From positions 32,001 to 96,000 of IMG/VR virus record IMGVR_UViG_3300033145_000529: a DNA stretch of 64,000 nt. The stretch is one strand, 5' to 3'. Position 1 is the first letter of the stretch; every line of letters starts with the position of its first letter. Both the position numbers and the translations under genes were made by a program. This document shows positions 1 through 8,838 of this stretch, piece by piece. Below the pieces are notes generated by a model. That model saw nothing but the letters and a program-made list of their open reading frames with translations. It ran no database searches and was not told where the DNA came from. The stretch is from a virus.

Positions 1-27
1 TAAGCTTGAGGAACTAATAATGTAATT

Positions 28-379
28 GGGGGTGCGTGGTTTCGACAGGGTAATTACGCTATATATAAGCAGGTAGTCTTTGGTGAAAAGACTTAAACAG
101 CACCGAAAAAATAACTGACGAAGTTAAATTATTTGTAGTCCTCGAAGAAGGATTACTCTTTCTCGATGAGAGCGTTGAGTCTCCCGTGAAAGACCGTTTC
201 TCAACAGAACCAGTTGAAGCTCTAGCAACTGTCTAAGAAATTAGAAAGAATTTAGAGTTACGTTCCCTCCACCCTTCTCGGTTCAGTTCAGGAGAACGTA
301 AGCTTAGGAACTGAGTAAACCTGTAGAAAGTATTTAGTAGGTTATTTTGGACAGGGAGTTCGACCCTCCCTCACCTCCA
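28..379 (+). ncRNA. ssrA: tmRNA (transfer-messenger RNA)
   Basis: 5' GGGGGTG (28-34) pairs with CACCTCC (372-378) with G3-U wobble and discriminator A379; GGTTTCGAC D-loop; T-arm GGGAG-TTCGACC-CTCCC; PK1 AGTCTT/AAGACT plus GGTG/CACC; resume motif ATAACT-GAC at 111-119; tag ORF 117-236. CCA not encoded. Confidence 0.95.
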
Positions 380-451
380 CAGTCAGTAGATGACAATAGA
401 AAATTCTGTCGTTCACCTACAAATATTGACATGATGACGACTATATATATT

Positions 452-688
452 ATGAAAAAATCAAGACAAATAATAATACAAGATGATTGTGAAGAACAGC
501 ATGAGTCGTTCTGGTGTGACGCTACCAATTGCGATAACTGTATGCTGAGGTTTCAGTGCTTTACCTCTCGTTCTGAAACAATTATAGTAACTTTTCCACT
601 AGAAGTTATAGATGACAAAATAAAAGAAGTTCACGCACAAAAATGGAGGTTAAGGGATGGGAGCTCTAGACCTAGAGCGAACCGATAA
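452..688 (+). CDS. small Cys-rich protein with CxxCxLRFxCFT motif
   Basis: ORF 347..688, but its 5' part overlaps the tmRNA; likely start ATG452; CDNCMLRFQCFT. Confidence 0.65.
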   Translation: MKKSRQIIIQDDCEEQHESFWCDATNCDNCMLRFQCFTSRSETIIVTFPLEVIDDKIKEVHAQKWRLRDGSSRPRANR

Positions 689-767
689 GGTAGTTACTTT
701 TCCACTGATGCTGGTTAGCCAGCGAGAAGGTGGGTGAAATATATGGACGGACCTAATTGGACCAACG

Positions 768-893
768 ATGGAGCTGAAGCAGAGATATATTAATGCACCA
801 ATCTGTCCTGAATGCCAAAGAGTTATGGTATATTTATACACTGATAAAGAGATGGAAGTCATCTTTGAAGAAGATGACGAAGGTGACCCCTAG
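768..893 (+). CDS. 41-aa Zn-ribbon-like peptide
   Basis: Manual translation MELKQRYINAPICPECQRVMVYLYTDKEMEVIFEEDDEGDP; CPEC motif, acidic tail. Confidence 0.45.
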   Translation: MELKQRYINAPICPECQRVMVYLYTDKEMEVIFEEDDEGDP

Positions 894-958
894 TAAACAA
901 CTAATGATATTCGCAATCACCTTAGATTGCGAGTATATTGTTATGCCTGGAGATAACT

Positions 959-1543
959 ATGGAAATAGAGGAATTAGAGAAGATTATCTCAGGTTACAGG
1001 ATAAGCAAACCGAAATTTCGGGGAGAGGAAGTAGAGAACAAGTCTCTACCGTTTATGCTCTCCACATTTAGAGAGTTGATAAAAGATGAAATACCACCAA
1101 CACAAGAAATTTTTCTTAATACTTTCAAAACTAAATATCCTGACCTGAAGTTAAGAGGACTTGTATCAAGACTGAAGAGAGCTTATTTATCGTATGTTCG
1201 GGAGTACCATCTTGGGTATCTATTAAAAAAGCACTTTAAGAGAGTTATATATGATGAGAAATTAGATATTGGCGGTGTGGATTATGTAGTCTACTATCGT
1301 GGAATCAAGTTCAATATTCATGCCTATGTCAATACTGAGAATGGTAAGTATTGGAGAGAAGTCAAAAATGGAAGACACAAGTTTCGTGGTGAACACTTGG
1401 ATATTCCTATGGACTTAGATAAAGGAAAGCGTTGCGGCAAGATTATTCTTTATACCAATGACAATGTAAATAAATTAAAAATAGAGATGAGAAAGATTGC
1501 TGACAAAAGATATACTAAAAAGACGGAAAATAATGGTCTGTGA
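959..1543 (+). CDS. putative PD-(D/E)XK restriction-endonuclease-like protein
   Basis: GGAG RBS before ATG959; LDIGGVDYVVYY...FNIHAY segment resembles a restriction-nuclease catalytic core. Confidence 0.5.
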   Translation: MEIEELEKIISGYRISKPKFRGEEVENKSLPFMLSTFRELIKDEIPPTQEIFLNTFKTKYPDLKLRGLVSRLKRAYLSYVREYHLGYLLKKHFKRVIYDEKLDIGGVDYVVYYRGIKFNIHAYVNTENGKYWREVKNGRHKFRGEHLDIPMDLDKGKRCGKIILYTNDNVNKLKIEMRKIADKRYTKKTENNGL

Positions 1544-1599
1544 CATTTTCCGCAAAAATTGGCACTATGTTGATGCTAACTTTTTTTGCTTGGCAAAGT

Positions 1600-1657
1600 G
1601 ATCTTAATAAGGACGTTAGATCAGATCTTAACATTATATATTAGATCTTTGATCTAA
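1600..1657. repeat. cluster of five GATC sites forming inverted repeats in AT-rich DNA (origin/operator-like)
   Basis: GATC at 1600, 1619, 1624, 1644, 1651; perfect inverted repeat TTAGATC-TTT-GATCTAA at 1641-1657. Confidence 0.7.
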
Positions 1658-1672
1658 GGAAATTATGAAAAA

Positions 1673-1849
1673 ATGTACGAAATGTGGCAGGATATGAAAC
1701 AACGTATTTTTAACACCAAATGTAATAACTACCCCAACTACGGGGTCGTGGCATTATTGTTTGTGATTCGTGATAATGATGGTAACTACGAGCCAAACAA
1801 TTGTCAGTGGTTAACTAAGTCAGAACATGGTAGGAAGAGCAATGGGTGA
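1673..1849 (+). pseudogene. HNH homing endonuclease remnant (frameshift plus internal deletion)
   Basis: YEMWQDMKQR..NYPNYG, then (G)RGIIVCD in a shifted frame, then DNDGNYEPNNCQW; the central part is missing. Confidence 0.8.
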
Positions 1850-2063
1850 GGAAACCAATAAAAAAAGCATAATTAAAGCGTTGAGAAAGAATCGCAGGGA
1901 ACTTACCACTATTATTGATGGATTTAAAGCGTTGGATGAGACTGATGATGAGCGGTTGAACCGAGTACTCGCTCAAGGGATAGTATTAACCCTGTTTGAG
2001 TTTATTGACACTTTAGTAATAAATGAAATTGATATTCATAATTTTATAAAGAGGAGAGGATAA
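1842..2063 (+). CDS. hypothetical protein
   Basis: ORF track; coupled to next gene (TAATG). Confidence 0.6.
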   Translation: MGEETNKKSIIKALRKNRRELTTIIDGFKALDETDDERLNRVLAQGIVLTLFEFIDTLVINEIDIHNFIKRRG

Positions 2064-2332
2064 TGGATTGTTTTTTGGAAAAACATTTAAAAGAAGAACA
2101 CGCAGCTATGAAAAACCCCAAATTGGGTGGTATTGTAATGACATGTCCTGTTTTGGGGTGCCAGATTTGTATGTGGTGTTGTTTACACATTCGTGACGTG
2201 GCGAATCCGCTTAGTAGAAATTATGCTACTGACCATCATCCAAATTATGCTATAAAAGTACCAGAACTTTCTGAAAGAAACCTTGATAGTATTTGGGAAA
2301 CTTGTGCTCGTTGCCATAATGTAACGACTTGA
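2063..2332 (+). CDS. Cys-rich hypothetical protein
   Basis: GAGGAGAGG RBS; CPVLGCQICMWCC and CARC. Confidence 0.7.
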   Translation: MDCFLEKHLKEEHAAMKNPKLGGIVMTCPVLGCQICMWCCLHIRDVANPLSRNYATDHHPNYAIKVPELSERNLDSIWETCARCHNVTT

Positions 2333-2357
2333 CAACTAAAGGTTTGTATGGTATAAT
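2329..2357 (+). promoter_or_regulatory. sigma70-type promoter
   Basis: TTGACA-17-TATAAT with extended -10 TG. Confidence 0.8.
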
Positions 2358-2565
2358 GGAAGTAGATAAGTTAAAGAAGGATGTAGATAAGTTACGTGAC
2401 AGGGTTGCTGAATTAATAGCACCTGGGTTTTCATACTACCAGCAAGAATTGATTAGGCGCATAATTAAGTCTGTTCTTCCTCAGATGAAAAATAAGTGTG
2501 ATATTAGTATTGCTAAAGAAATTTTGAGCATAACGGAGTGGTTAGATGAAAAAATCACAGCATGA
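2356..2565 (+). CDS. hypothetical protein
   Basis: ORF track 2329..2565; likely start ATG2356. Confidence 0.55.
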   Translation: MEVDKLKKDVDKLRDRVAELIAPGFSYYQQELIRRIIKSVLPQMKNKCDISIAKEILSITEWLDEKITA

Positions 2566-3187
2566 GGTATGCGGTGGAATAACAATTGATGCTGAGTTTG
2601 AAAGGAGAACGCTTCGAGCTAATAGGGTGTTGGTCTTAACGGGTGACCTAGAAAGTGGTAGTGCTCGTGAATTTATAGAGGATATCAAGATGCTGTTGCT
2701 GGAGGATTCTACTGACCCAATTACTATAACTATCTCTTCACCTGGTGGAAATGTTTTTTGTGGGATTGCTGTTATAAGAGCAATCAGGTCGGTTCAGAGT
2801 AGAGGAATAAAGGTTTTTGGTGATGTTCATGGGCAGGCAATGTCAATGGCATTCTTCATTTTACAGTGTTGTGATGAGAGGAGGATGGGCAGTTTTTGTA
2901 CATTGATGGCTCATGGTATTACCACTGGCTTTATTGGTGATATGAGGAATGTTGAAGCGGAGCAAAAATTGCTTACCTTTTGGCAGAGGGAGATAGCTCA
3001 ATTAATTGCTAATCGCTGTACTGCTGAGGGAACTGAGTATGCGGAAATCGGATATTGGTTTGCCATTTTAAAAGATAATACTCCGCAATTTTATGATAGT
3101 CAGGAATCTAAGGAAATGGGGTTAATTGATACGGTCTATGACGATAATAAAAATCAAAAAAATACACCCAAAAGCGATAGTTCCTAA
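2546..3187 (+). CDS. clpP: ClpP-family serine protease
   Basis: ISSPGG, GQAMSMA (catalytic Ser), LMAH (His), EMGLID C-terminal motif. Confidence 0.88.
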   Translation: MKKSQHEVCGGITIDAEFERRTLRANRVLVLTGDLESGSAREFIEDIKMLLLEDSTDPITITISSPGGNVFCGIAVIRAIRSVQSRGIKVFGDVHGQAMSMAFFILQCCDERRMGSFCTLMAHGITTGFIGDMRNVEAEQKLLTFWQREIAQLIANRCTAEGTEYAEIGYWFAILKDNTPQFYDSQESKEMGLIDTVYDDNKNQKNTPKSDSS

Positions 3188-3569
3188 AATTGCTACTAAA
3201 GGTTCAGCTTGCTTTGATTTTTGTGCTTGCGAGAATTTTGTTCTAGGCAATGGTCATTTTTATAAAGCTAGAACTGGTATCATCTTTGAAGTACCTAAAG
3301 GGTGGCACATTAAAGTATATAATAGAAGTGGCATGGCTGCTAGGGGTATTATAATTCCTAATGCACCTGGGATTATAGATTCTGATTACAGGGGGGAAGT
3401 TATTGTTCTGCTTTATGGTTTATTTATGAAGAAACAAGAAATCTTCCAAATTGGTAGTAGGATAGCACAGGGTGAATTGATGAGGGGAGTACCCATTGGG
3501 TTTAGAGTAGTTTCTAAATTATCGGACACTGAACGTGGTTCAGGAGGTTTTGGTTCGACTGGCAAGTAA
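3138..3569 (+). CDS. dut: dUTPase (trimeric)
   Basis: GSACFD, RSG, GIIDSDYRGE, RIAQ, RGSGGFGSTG motifs. Confidence 0.96.
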   Translation: MTIIKIKKIHPKAIVPKIATKGSACFDFCACENFVLGNGHFYKARTGIIFEVPKGWHIKVYNRSGMAARGIIIPNAPGIIDSDYRGEVIVLLYGLFMKKQEIFQIGSRIAQGELMRGVPIGFRVVSKLSDTERGSGGFGSTGK

Positions 3570-3589
3570 AGGAGAGGAAACGAAGGAAT

Positions 3590-3951
3590 ATGAAGTCTAT
3601 TTAGCTGGTAGGATAGCTAATCTTAGTTACGATGAAGCTATGCTGCTCGTGATGAGATGATTAAAAACTAAACGCAGTCGGCATTAAGTGTCGGACTCCA
3701 ATGCGGGCAAAGAAAACCTTAAAAATATACAAAAAATTACTGCTGATGCTTTCAAAGATGGTCTTACTATAAATGAAGTAATTCAAAGAGACTTGAGCGA
3801 TATAGAGAAAGTTAATGTTGTGTTGATTCTAACTAGAGATACTCCTAGTTGGGGCACAACTAGAATAGTACCTGACTTTGACTCGGCTGTTCAGGTATTG
3901 TTGCATTGGAAGAAATACTGGAACGGCGAGGGAGTACATGATACGAGGTAG
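3590..3951 (+). pseudogene. nucleoside 2-deoxyribosyltransferase-like pseudogene
   Basis: Across several frameshifts: VYLAGRIANLSYDEA..RTPMR/GKE..RDLSDIEK..PSWGT, then a deletion; RBS AAGGA upstream. Confidence 0.7.
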
Positions 3952-3957
3952 AAAATA

Positions 3958-4269
3958 ATGGAAAATAGATTTGGATGGGGTTCAACACCCCTTATACACA
4001 TTTTATATGATACGGATATTGATGCTCCAGGTGAGGGTCAAAGACTTTGGATAACCGATATATTCATTGAATGTGGTGATAGTACCAGTATTGGACTTAG
4101 TGAGAGTGGTGGTGGTGAAGTCCTTGTTCCTAGTGTTAAGAACATGGACCATACATTTGCCGCACCGATAAAGCTGGCTGAGAACAAAGGAGTATCAATA
4201 GATATTACTGGTGTTGGCTCAACACGTATTTTGATTGGTTATTATATTGAGGGAGTGAGTCACAATTAA
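3958..4269 (+). CDS. hypothetical small beta-rich protein
   Basis: ORF with GAGG RBS; APGEGQRLWITDIFI and FAAPIKLAEN. Confidence 0.65.
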   Translation: MENRFGWGSTPLIHILYDTDIDAPGEGQRLWITDIFIECGDSTSIGLSESGGGEVLVPSVKNMDHTFAAPIKLAENKGVSIDITGVGSTRILIGYYIEGVSHN

Positions 4270-4270
4270 G

Positions 4271-6313
4271 ATGAGGGTTATAAAACGAGACGGCAGGATT
4301 GTCAAGTACAATTTCGAAAAAATAGTTCTTGCCGTTACCAAGGCTATGAAGTCTATTGGTAAGGTGGACGATGAGATTGCACAAAATATTGTCACTACAG
4401 TTACTAATACCTTGAACGGTAATGGAGAACTATCTGTAGAAGATATTCAAGACAAGGTTGAAGATGCCCTTATTAAATTAGGTGATGCTCAACTAGCGAA
4501 AACTTATATTTTATATAGGGCAAAGCGAGCCGAAGTTCGTGGGTTTAGAGAAGCTATTGGCGTTGAAGATACGCTTAAATTGGGGGTTAATGCCTTAGCT
4601 TTGTTAGATAAAAGATACCTTAAAAGTTTTGATGGCAAAAAGGAAACTCCGTCACAAATGTTTCATAGGGTTGCTAACCATGTAGCGTCAGTGGAGAAAT
4701 CCTTTGGTGGTAGTCCTGATTATTGGGGTAAAGTGTTCTATAATTTGATGGCTAATCAAATGTTCTTACCTAATACACCATGTTTAGCTAATTCTGGTAA
4801 TTCTGACTTAAACTACCTATTTGCTTGTTATGCGTTTGAAGTTGGTGATTCGATGGAAGAGATACTGCAAACAGCCAAAGATTGTGGTATGGTTCAGAAG
4901 ACAGGTGGTGGAGTTGGTCTCAATTTGTCCAAGTTAAGACCTGCTGGTGATAAGGTGAAGACTACTGAGGGTATAGCTAGTGGACCTATTGACTTTATGA
5001 GAATCTATGATACGGTAAGTGATGTTATTAAGCAGGGTGGTATTAGACGTGGTGGTAATCTAGGATTATTGTTAGTTAATCATCCAGATATAATTGAATT
5101 TATCAAATGTAAGAATGATGAAACAAGACTAAATAATTTTAATATTTCAGTCGCTATCACTGACGAGTTTATGCGTTGTGTGAAAAATGATAGCGATTTT
5201 TCTTTGGTCAATCCCAAAGATGGGAAGACCGTACGAAATGTTAATTCTAGGTATCTATTTCGCTTTATTGCTGAATCTGCTTGGCGAAATGGAGAACCAG
5301 GTTTTGTTTTTTGGGATAAAATTGAACAGGACAATCCTACACCAAAACAGGGACACTTGATAAAGAACTTATGTGGAGAACAAGATTTGTTACCTTATGA
5401 AGCTTGTGTTCTAGGTTCTATAAATCTAGTGAAGTTTGTTGAGGATGGGCAGATTGTATATAACTCCTTAAGAAAAGTTGTTCACCACTCTGTAAGATTT
5501 CTTGATGATGTTATTAGTGCCTCAAACTATCCATTGGAAGCTATCCATGATAAAGTTCTAGCAAATAGAAAGATAGGTTTGGGTATAATGGGATTTGCTA
5601 ATTTATTATTGATACTTGGTGTCCCATACGATTCTGAAGAAGCAGAAAAGATAGCTGAAGAGGTGATGGACTTTATAAATGTTGAAGCTCGGAGGGCTTC
5701 TGTACGTTTAGCTGAAGATCGTGGTGATTTCTTGAATATTGGTGACTCTACCGTGCCCCCACCACAAAGGAATGCTTCTTTAACTACTATAGCTCCTACA
5801 GGGAGTATAAGTATTATAGCGGAGACATCCAGTGGTATTGAACCTATTTTTGCTGTAGTGTATCAAAAAACTAATATCTTGGAGAATAATACATTCTTTC
5901 AAGTTAATCCTATTTTTGAGAGCATTGCTAAACAAGAGGGGTGGTATTCCCAAGCGTTGATTAATAAGATTATCAGAAATGGTGGTAAGGTGTCGGGGCT
6001 TCCCGAAGTACCAGAAAAGTGGCAAAAAGTTTTTAGAACGGCATTGGAAATTGCTCCTGAATGGCATGTAAGGATGCAAACCGCTTTCCAACGGCATGTT
6101 AATAGTTCAATATCAAAGACCATAAATTTATCATATGATGCTACGGTTGAAGATGTTGAGCGAGTTATTAAACTTGCATACGATACGAACCTCAAAGGGC
6201 TTACGGTGTTCCGTAACCAAAGTAGGACAAAACAAGTTCTTGAAACGCTCTGTACGGAGTGTGAAGATGGGGGTTGTCCTATTCCTCAAGAATTAGTTTC
6301 TAAGCTAGAGTAG
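4271..6313 (+). CDS. nrdJ: ribonucleotide reductase class II (B12-dependent) with ATP-cone
   Basis: VIKRDG ATP cone; PNTPCL, NLCGEQ, TIAPTG, ISKTIN motifs; C-terminal CxxC..C; no beta-subunit gene nearby. Confidence 0.92.
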   Translation: MRVIKRDGRIVKYNFEKIVLAVTKAMKSIGKVDDEIAQNIVTTVTNTLNGNGELSVEDIQDKVEDALIKLGDAQLAKTYILYRAKRAEVRGFREAIGVEDTLKLGVNALALLDKRYLKSFDGKKETPSQMFHRVANHVASVEKSFGGSPDYWGKVFYNLMANQMFLPNTPCLANSGNSDLNYLFACYAFEVGDSMEEILQTAKDCGMVQKTGGGVGLNLSKLRPAGDKVKTTEGIASGPIDFMRIYDTVSDVIKQGGIRRGGNLGLLLVNHPDIIEFIKCKNDETRLNNFNISVAITDEFMRCVKNDSDFSLVNPKDGKTVRNVNSRYLFRFIAESAWRNGEPGFVFWDKIEQDNPTPKQGHLIKNLCGEQDLLPYEACVLGSINLVKFVEDGQIVYNSLRKVVHHSVRFLDDVISASNYPLEAIHDKVLANRKIGLGIMGFANLLLILGVPYDSEEAEKIAEEVMDFINVEARRASVRLAEDRGDFLNIGDSTVPPPQRNASLTTIAPTGSISIIAETSSGIEPIFAVVYQKTNILENNTFFQVNPIFESIAKQEGWYSQALINKIIRNGGKVSGLPEVPEKWQKVFRTALEIAPEWHVRMQTAFQRHVNSSISKTINLSYDATVEDVERVIKLAYDTNLKGLTVFRNQSRTKQVLETLCTECEDGGCPIPQELVSKLE

Positions 6314-6399
6314 CAATAAGGAAACGTTCTTTACTGTGTCCCCCATTCTCCATTATTTATTTTACCTAGTTTAGAAATGGCAAAAATTCCACTAGTATT

Positions 6400-6408
6400 T
6401 GGTGTACT
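6400..6408 (+). promoter_or_regulatory. candidate late-type extended -10 element TGGTGTACT
   Basis: Identical 9-mer upstream of the packaging operon and of the head operon (23601-23609). Confidence 0.4.
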
Positions 6409-6412
6409 GAAT

Positions 6413-6670
6413 ATGACCTACAAATGTGCAATCTGTGAAACTATAATTCGCCCTAATCGTTATTTTTGCTGGCATTGTTATAATGAATTTAGAGATGATA
6501 TTCGTAATAAGAAAGAATGGACTAGATTTGTTGTTAGTGAAGAGTCGAAGAGACGAAGAGGAGAAAAAAGAGATAGAGATAAGTCTGTCATGTTGATTTA
6601 TTTGGGGGATAAGTGGGACATTGATACAGAAGGGAATCTAATCCGTAAGGAAGGTTTTCATTATGGGTAG
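6413..6670 (+). CDS. Zn-finger hypothetical protein
   Basis: CAIC..CWHC; likely start ATG6413. Confidence 0.7.
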   Translation: MTYKCAICETIIRPNRYFCWHCYNEFRDDIRNKKEWTRFVVSEESKRRRGEKRDRDKSVMLIYLGDKWDIDTEGNLIRKEGFHYG

Positions 6671-7220
6671 GAAAAGAAAAGGACAAGACGTTCAAGAGAA
6701 GATTGAGAAGTACTTAGAAGAGTACGAACTTGATGAGTTGAATGCGGCTAATGATAAGGCAGCTTTAACTCAAATGTGCCAAATAGAAGTTAATATAGAG
6801 CAGATTCAAAAAGCTCTTAGCGACATAAAAAACCCACTTGAAAACTCTAAAAAAATTAGGGAGCTTCACAGTGCTCTACGAGACGCCAATCAAAATTGGG
6901 TTACTTTGCAAACAGAACTTGGTATTAATAGAAAAAAGAGAAAGAGTGAGAGTGATGAATCCCCATTACGATATGTTGAGCGGCTTCAAGAGATTGGCAA
7001 GAAGTTTGTAGATGGTAGATTAAAGAGTTTTGTATGTTCTAAGTGTGGGCAGGTTCTAGGCAAATATATTTTTTACATAACTGATAGGGGTGAGAAGGGG
7101 TCAATAGAAAGTGAAACTAAACCGATTGAGACATATAAATTTACTATTCGCCACGAGTGCTGGAAATGTGGTGAGATAGTTGAGGTTTCCAATGAGGATT
7201 TTGTGGTTGTTCAAAAATGA
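6663..7220 (+). CDS. putative terminase small subunit (coiled coil plus Zn ribbon)
   Basis: Immediately upstream of and overlapping TerL; helical, LGINRKKRK, CSKC/CWKC. Confidence 0.6.
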   Translation: MGRKRKGQDVQEKIEKYLEEYELDELNAANDKAALTQMCQIEVNIEQIQKALSDIKNPLENSKKIRELHSALRDANQNWVTLQTELGINRKKRKSESDESPLRYVERLQEIGKKFVDGRLKSFVCSKCGQVLGKYIFYITDRGEKGSIESETKPIETYKFTIRHECWKCGEIVEVSNEDFVVVQK

Positions 7221-8824
7221 AAGAGAAAGTAACACTCAGTGAAGGTGACTTAGCAGTATTGGAAATAATAGAAGACCCCGTTTTATTTAGTGAATTTATT
7301 AGATGTACTGATGAAGAAATAGAGCAGGGAACAGGCTGGCATTATGACAACTATCAAAGAAAAATGCTGATTGACAGCTCACCTTATATTAGTATAGCTA
7401 CTGGTAGAACTACTGGTAAAACTGCTAGTATGGAAACTAAAATTATTCATACTGCCGTTTCAAACAAGTATAAAAAAGCTAGTGCTAACGAGATATTATT
7501 GGTAGTTCAGAACAAGGCACAGCTAGAACCCGTATTTTTACGTCTTATTAATTTCTTTAGGAGACATCAACTATTGAAGCACTTTGTTGATAGGCTTGGT
7601 GTCAATATGTCAAGTCATGAAATAAGGTTGTTGAATGGTTGCTTGATAAGGTGTAGAATTGTTGGTTCTACGGCGGACAGTAATGTTATTGGTCTTCACG
7701 TTCCATGTATATACGTTGATGAAGGTCAAGTTTTTAATTATGTAGCTTGGAATTCACTGATGCAGTGCTTAACCACATGGGATACTGTGGAATCCTGTGG
7801 TGCAGATTTCTTTCTTTGGGTGAGCGGAGTTCCTAATGGTCTTCGTGAAAAAAATGTTCTCTATGAGTGTGACCAAATTAATGAGAAGTTCTCACGTCAT
7901 AATGTGTCGAGATTAAGCAGTATTAGATATACAAAGCAGCAACATAAAACGGACTTGAAGCAGTATGGTGGTGAGAGCGGTGATGATTATGTTCATTTGG
8001 TTCTTGGGGAACATGGTTCACCCGCTTTCTCAGTATTTGACAGAAAATTGATGAGAATAGAGGATTATCCTGTGTCGGTGTCTATTTTGAATAATATTTC
8101 TTTAGACCAACATGATGGACAGTTTAATGACCTTTTAAGAGCACCAGACCTTCCTGCTGATATTCAAAAGAAATATGATTTAATAATAGCTGGAATAGAT
8201 GCGGGTTTCTCTAATGACCCAACAATTATTACTGTATTGTGGAGGGAGAAGGAAACTTTAACATGGCGAGAATTCGTTCGAATTGAACTGAGGAGAATTA
8301 AGTATCCATTGCAAGCGAAAATAATTAATTGGTTAGACACTATTTATGGATTTAACATGATAGCCGTTGATGCGGGACATTCTGGTTTGGCATTATGTCA
8401 AATATTACAAGATGAAGACGGGGATTTTAAGAGTAGGAACTATATTAAAAGGTTAATTCCAGTTGATTTCCAAGCGAATGTTGTTACTGGGTATGATGAG
8501 GATGAGAAAGAAATAAAGGATAGGGTAAGAAAATTTACAATCCAAACACTACAAAAGTGGAGTCAGAATGACCAAATAATTGCATTTTCTACGCAGGATG
8601 ATGATGTTATTTCTGAACTTGAGAGAGTTGGATTTACTAGGGATATGCTTGGGCAACCAAAATTCTTTGTGTATTCATCCCAAGGTGGTCAAAGAGGTGA
8701 AGACCACATACTTGCTTCTCTTTTGACATGGGTATATGGGTATTACTATAAGTATTACTCTCCTGAGAAACCAACTAAGGGCAAATACAGTGATTTGGTT
8801 CGGGGTGGATGGTTGGCTCGGTAG
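7217..8824 (+). CDS. terL: terminase large subunit
   Basis: Walker A GRTTGKT, Walker B IYVDE, SGVPNG coupling motif, RNase H-fold GIDAG..D. Confidence 0.92.
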   Translation: MKEKVTLSEGDLAVLEIIEDPVLFSEFIRCTDEEIEQGTGWHYDNYQRKMLIDSSPYISIATGRTTGKTASMETKIIHTAVSNKYKKASANEILLVVQNKAQLEPVFLRLINFFRRHQLLKHFVDRLGVNMSSHEIRLLNGCLIRCRIVGSTADSNVIGLHVPCIYVDEGQVFNYVAWNSLMQCLTTWDTVESCGADFFLWVSGVPNGLREKNVLYECDQINEKFSRHNVSRLSSIRYTKQQHKTDLKQYGGESGDDYVHLVLGEHGSPAFSVFDRKLMRIEDYPVSVSILNNISLDQHDGQFNDLLRAPDLPADIQKKYDLIIAGIDAGFSNDPTIITVLWREKETLTWREFVRIELRRIKYPLQAKIINWLDTIYGFNMIAVDAGHSGLALCQILQDEDGDFKSRNYIKRLIPVDFQANVVTGYDEDEKEIKDRVRKFTIQTLQKWSQNDQIIAFSTQDDDVISELERVGFTRDMLGQPKFFVYSSQGGQRGEDHILASLLTWVYGYYYKYYSPEKPTKGKYSDLVRGGWLAR

Positions 8825-8838
8825 AGTGGAGATTTACG

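Noticed and set aside
340-381. Stand-alone tRNA
   Set aside because: The T-arm and acceptor half belong to the tmRNA and pair with 28-34
347-451. N-terminal extension of ORF 347..688
   Set aside because: Overlaps the tmRNA T-arm/acceptor stem; ATG452 is more plausible
793-1071. 92-aa ORF
   Set aside because: Overlaps the better-supported 768-893 and 959-1543 frames; no motif
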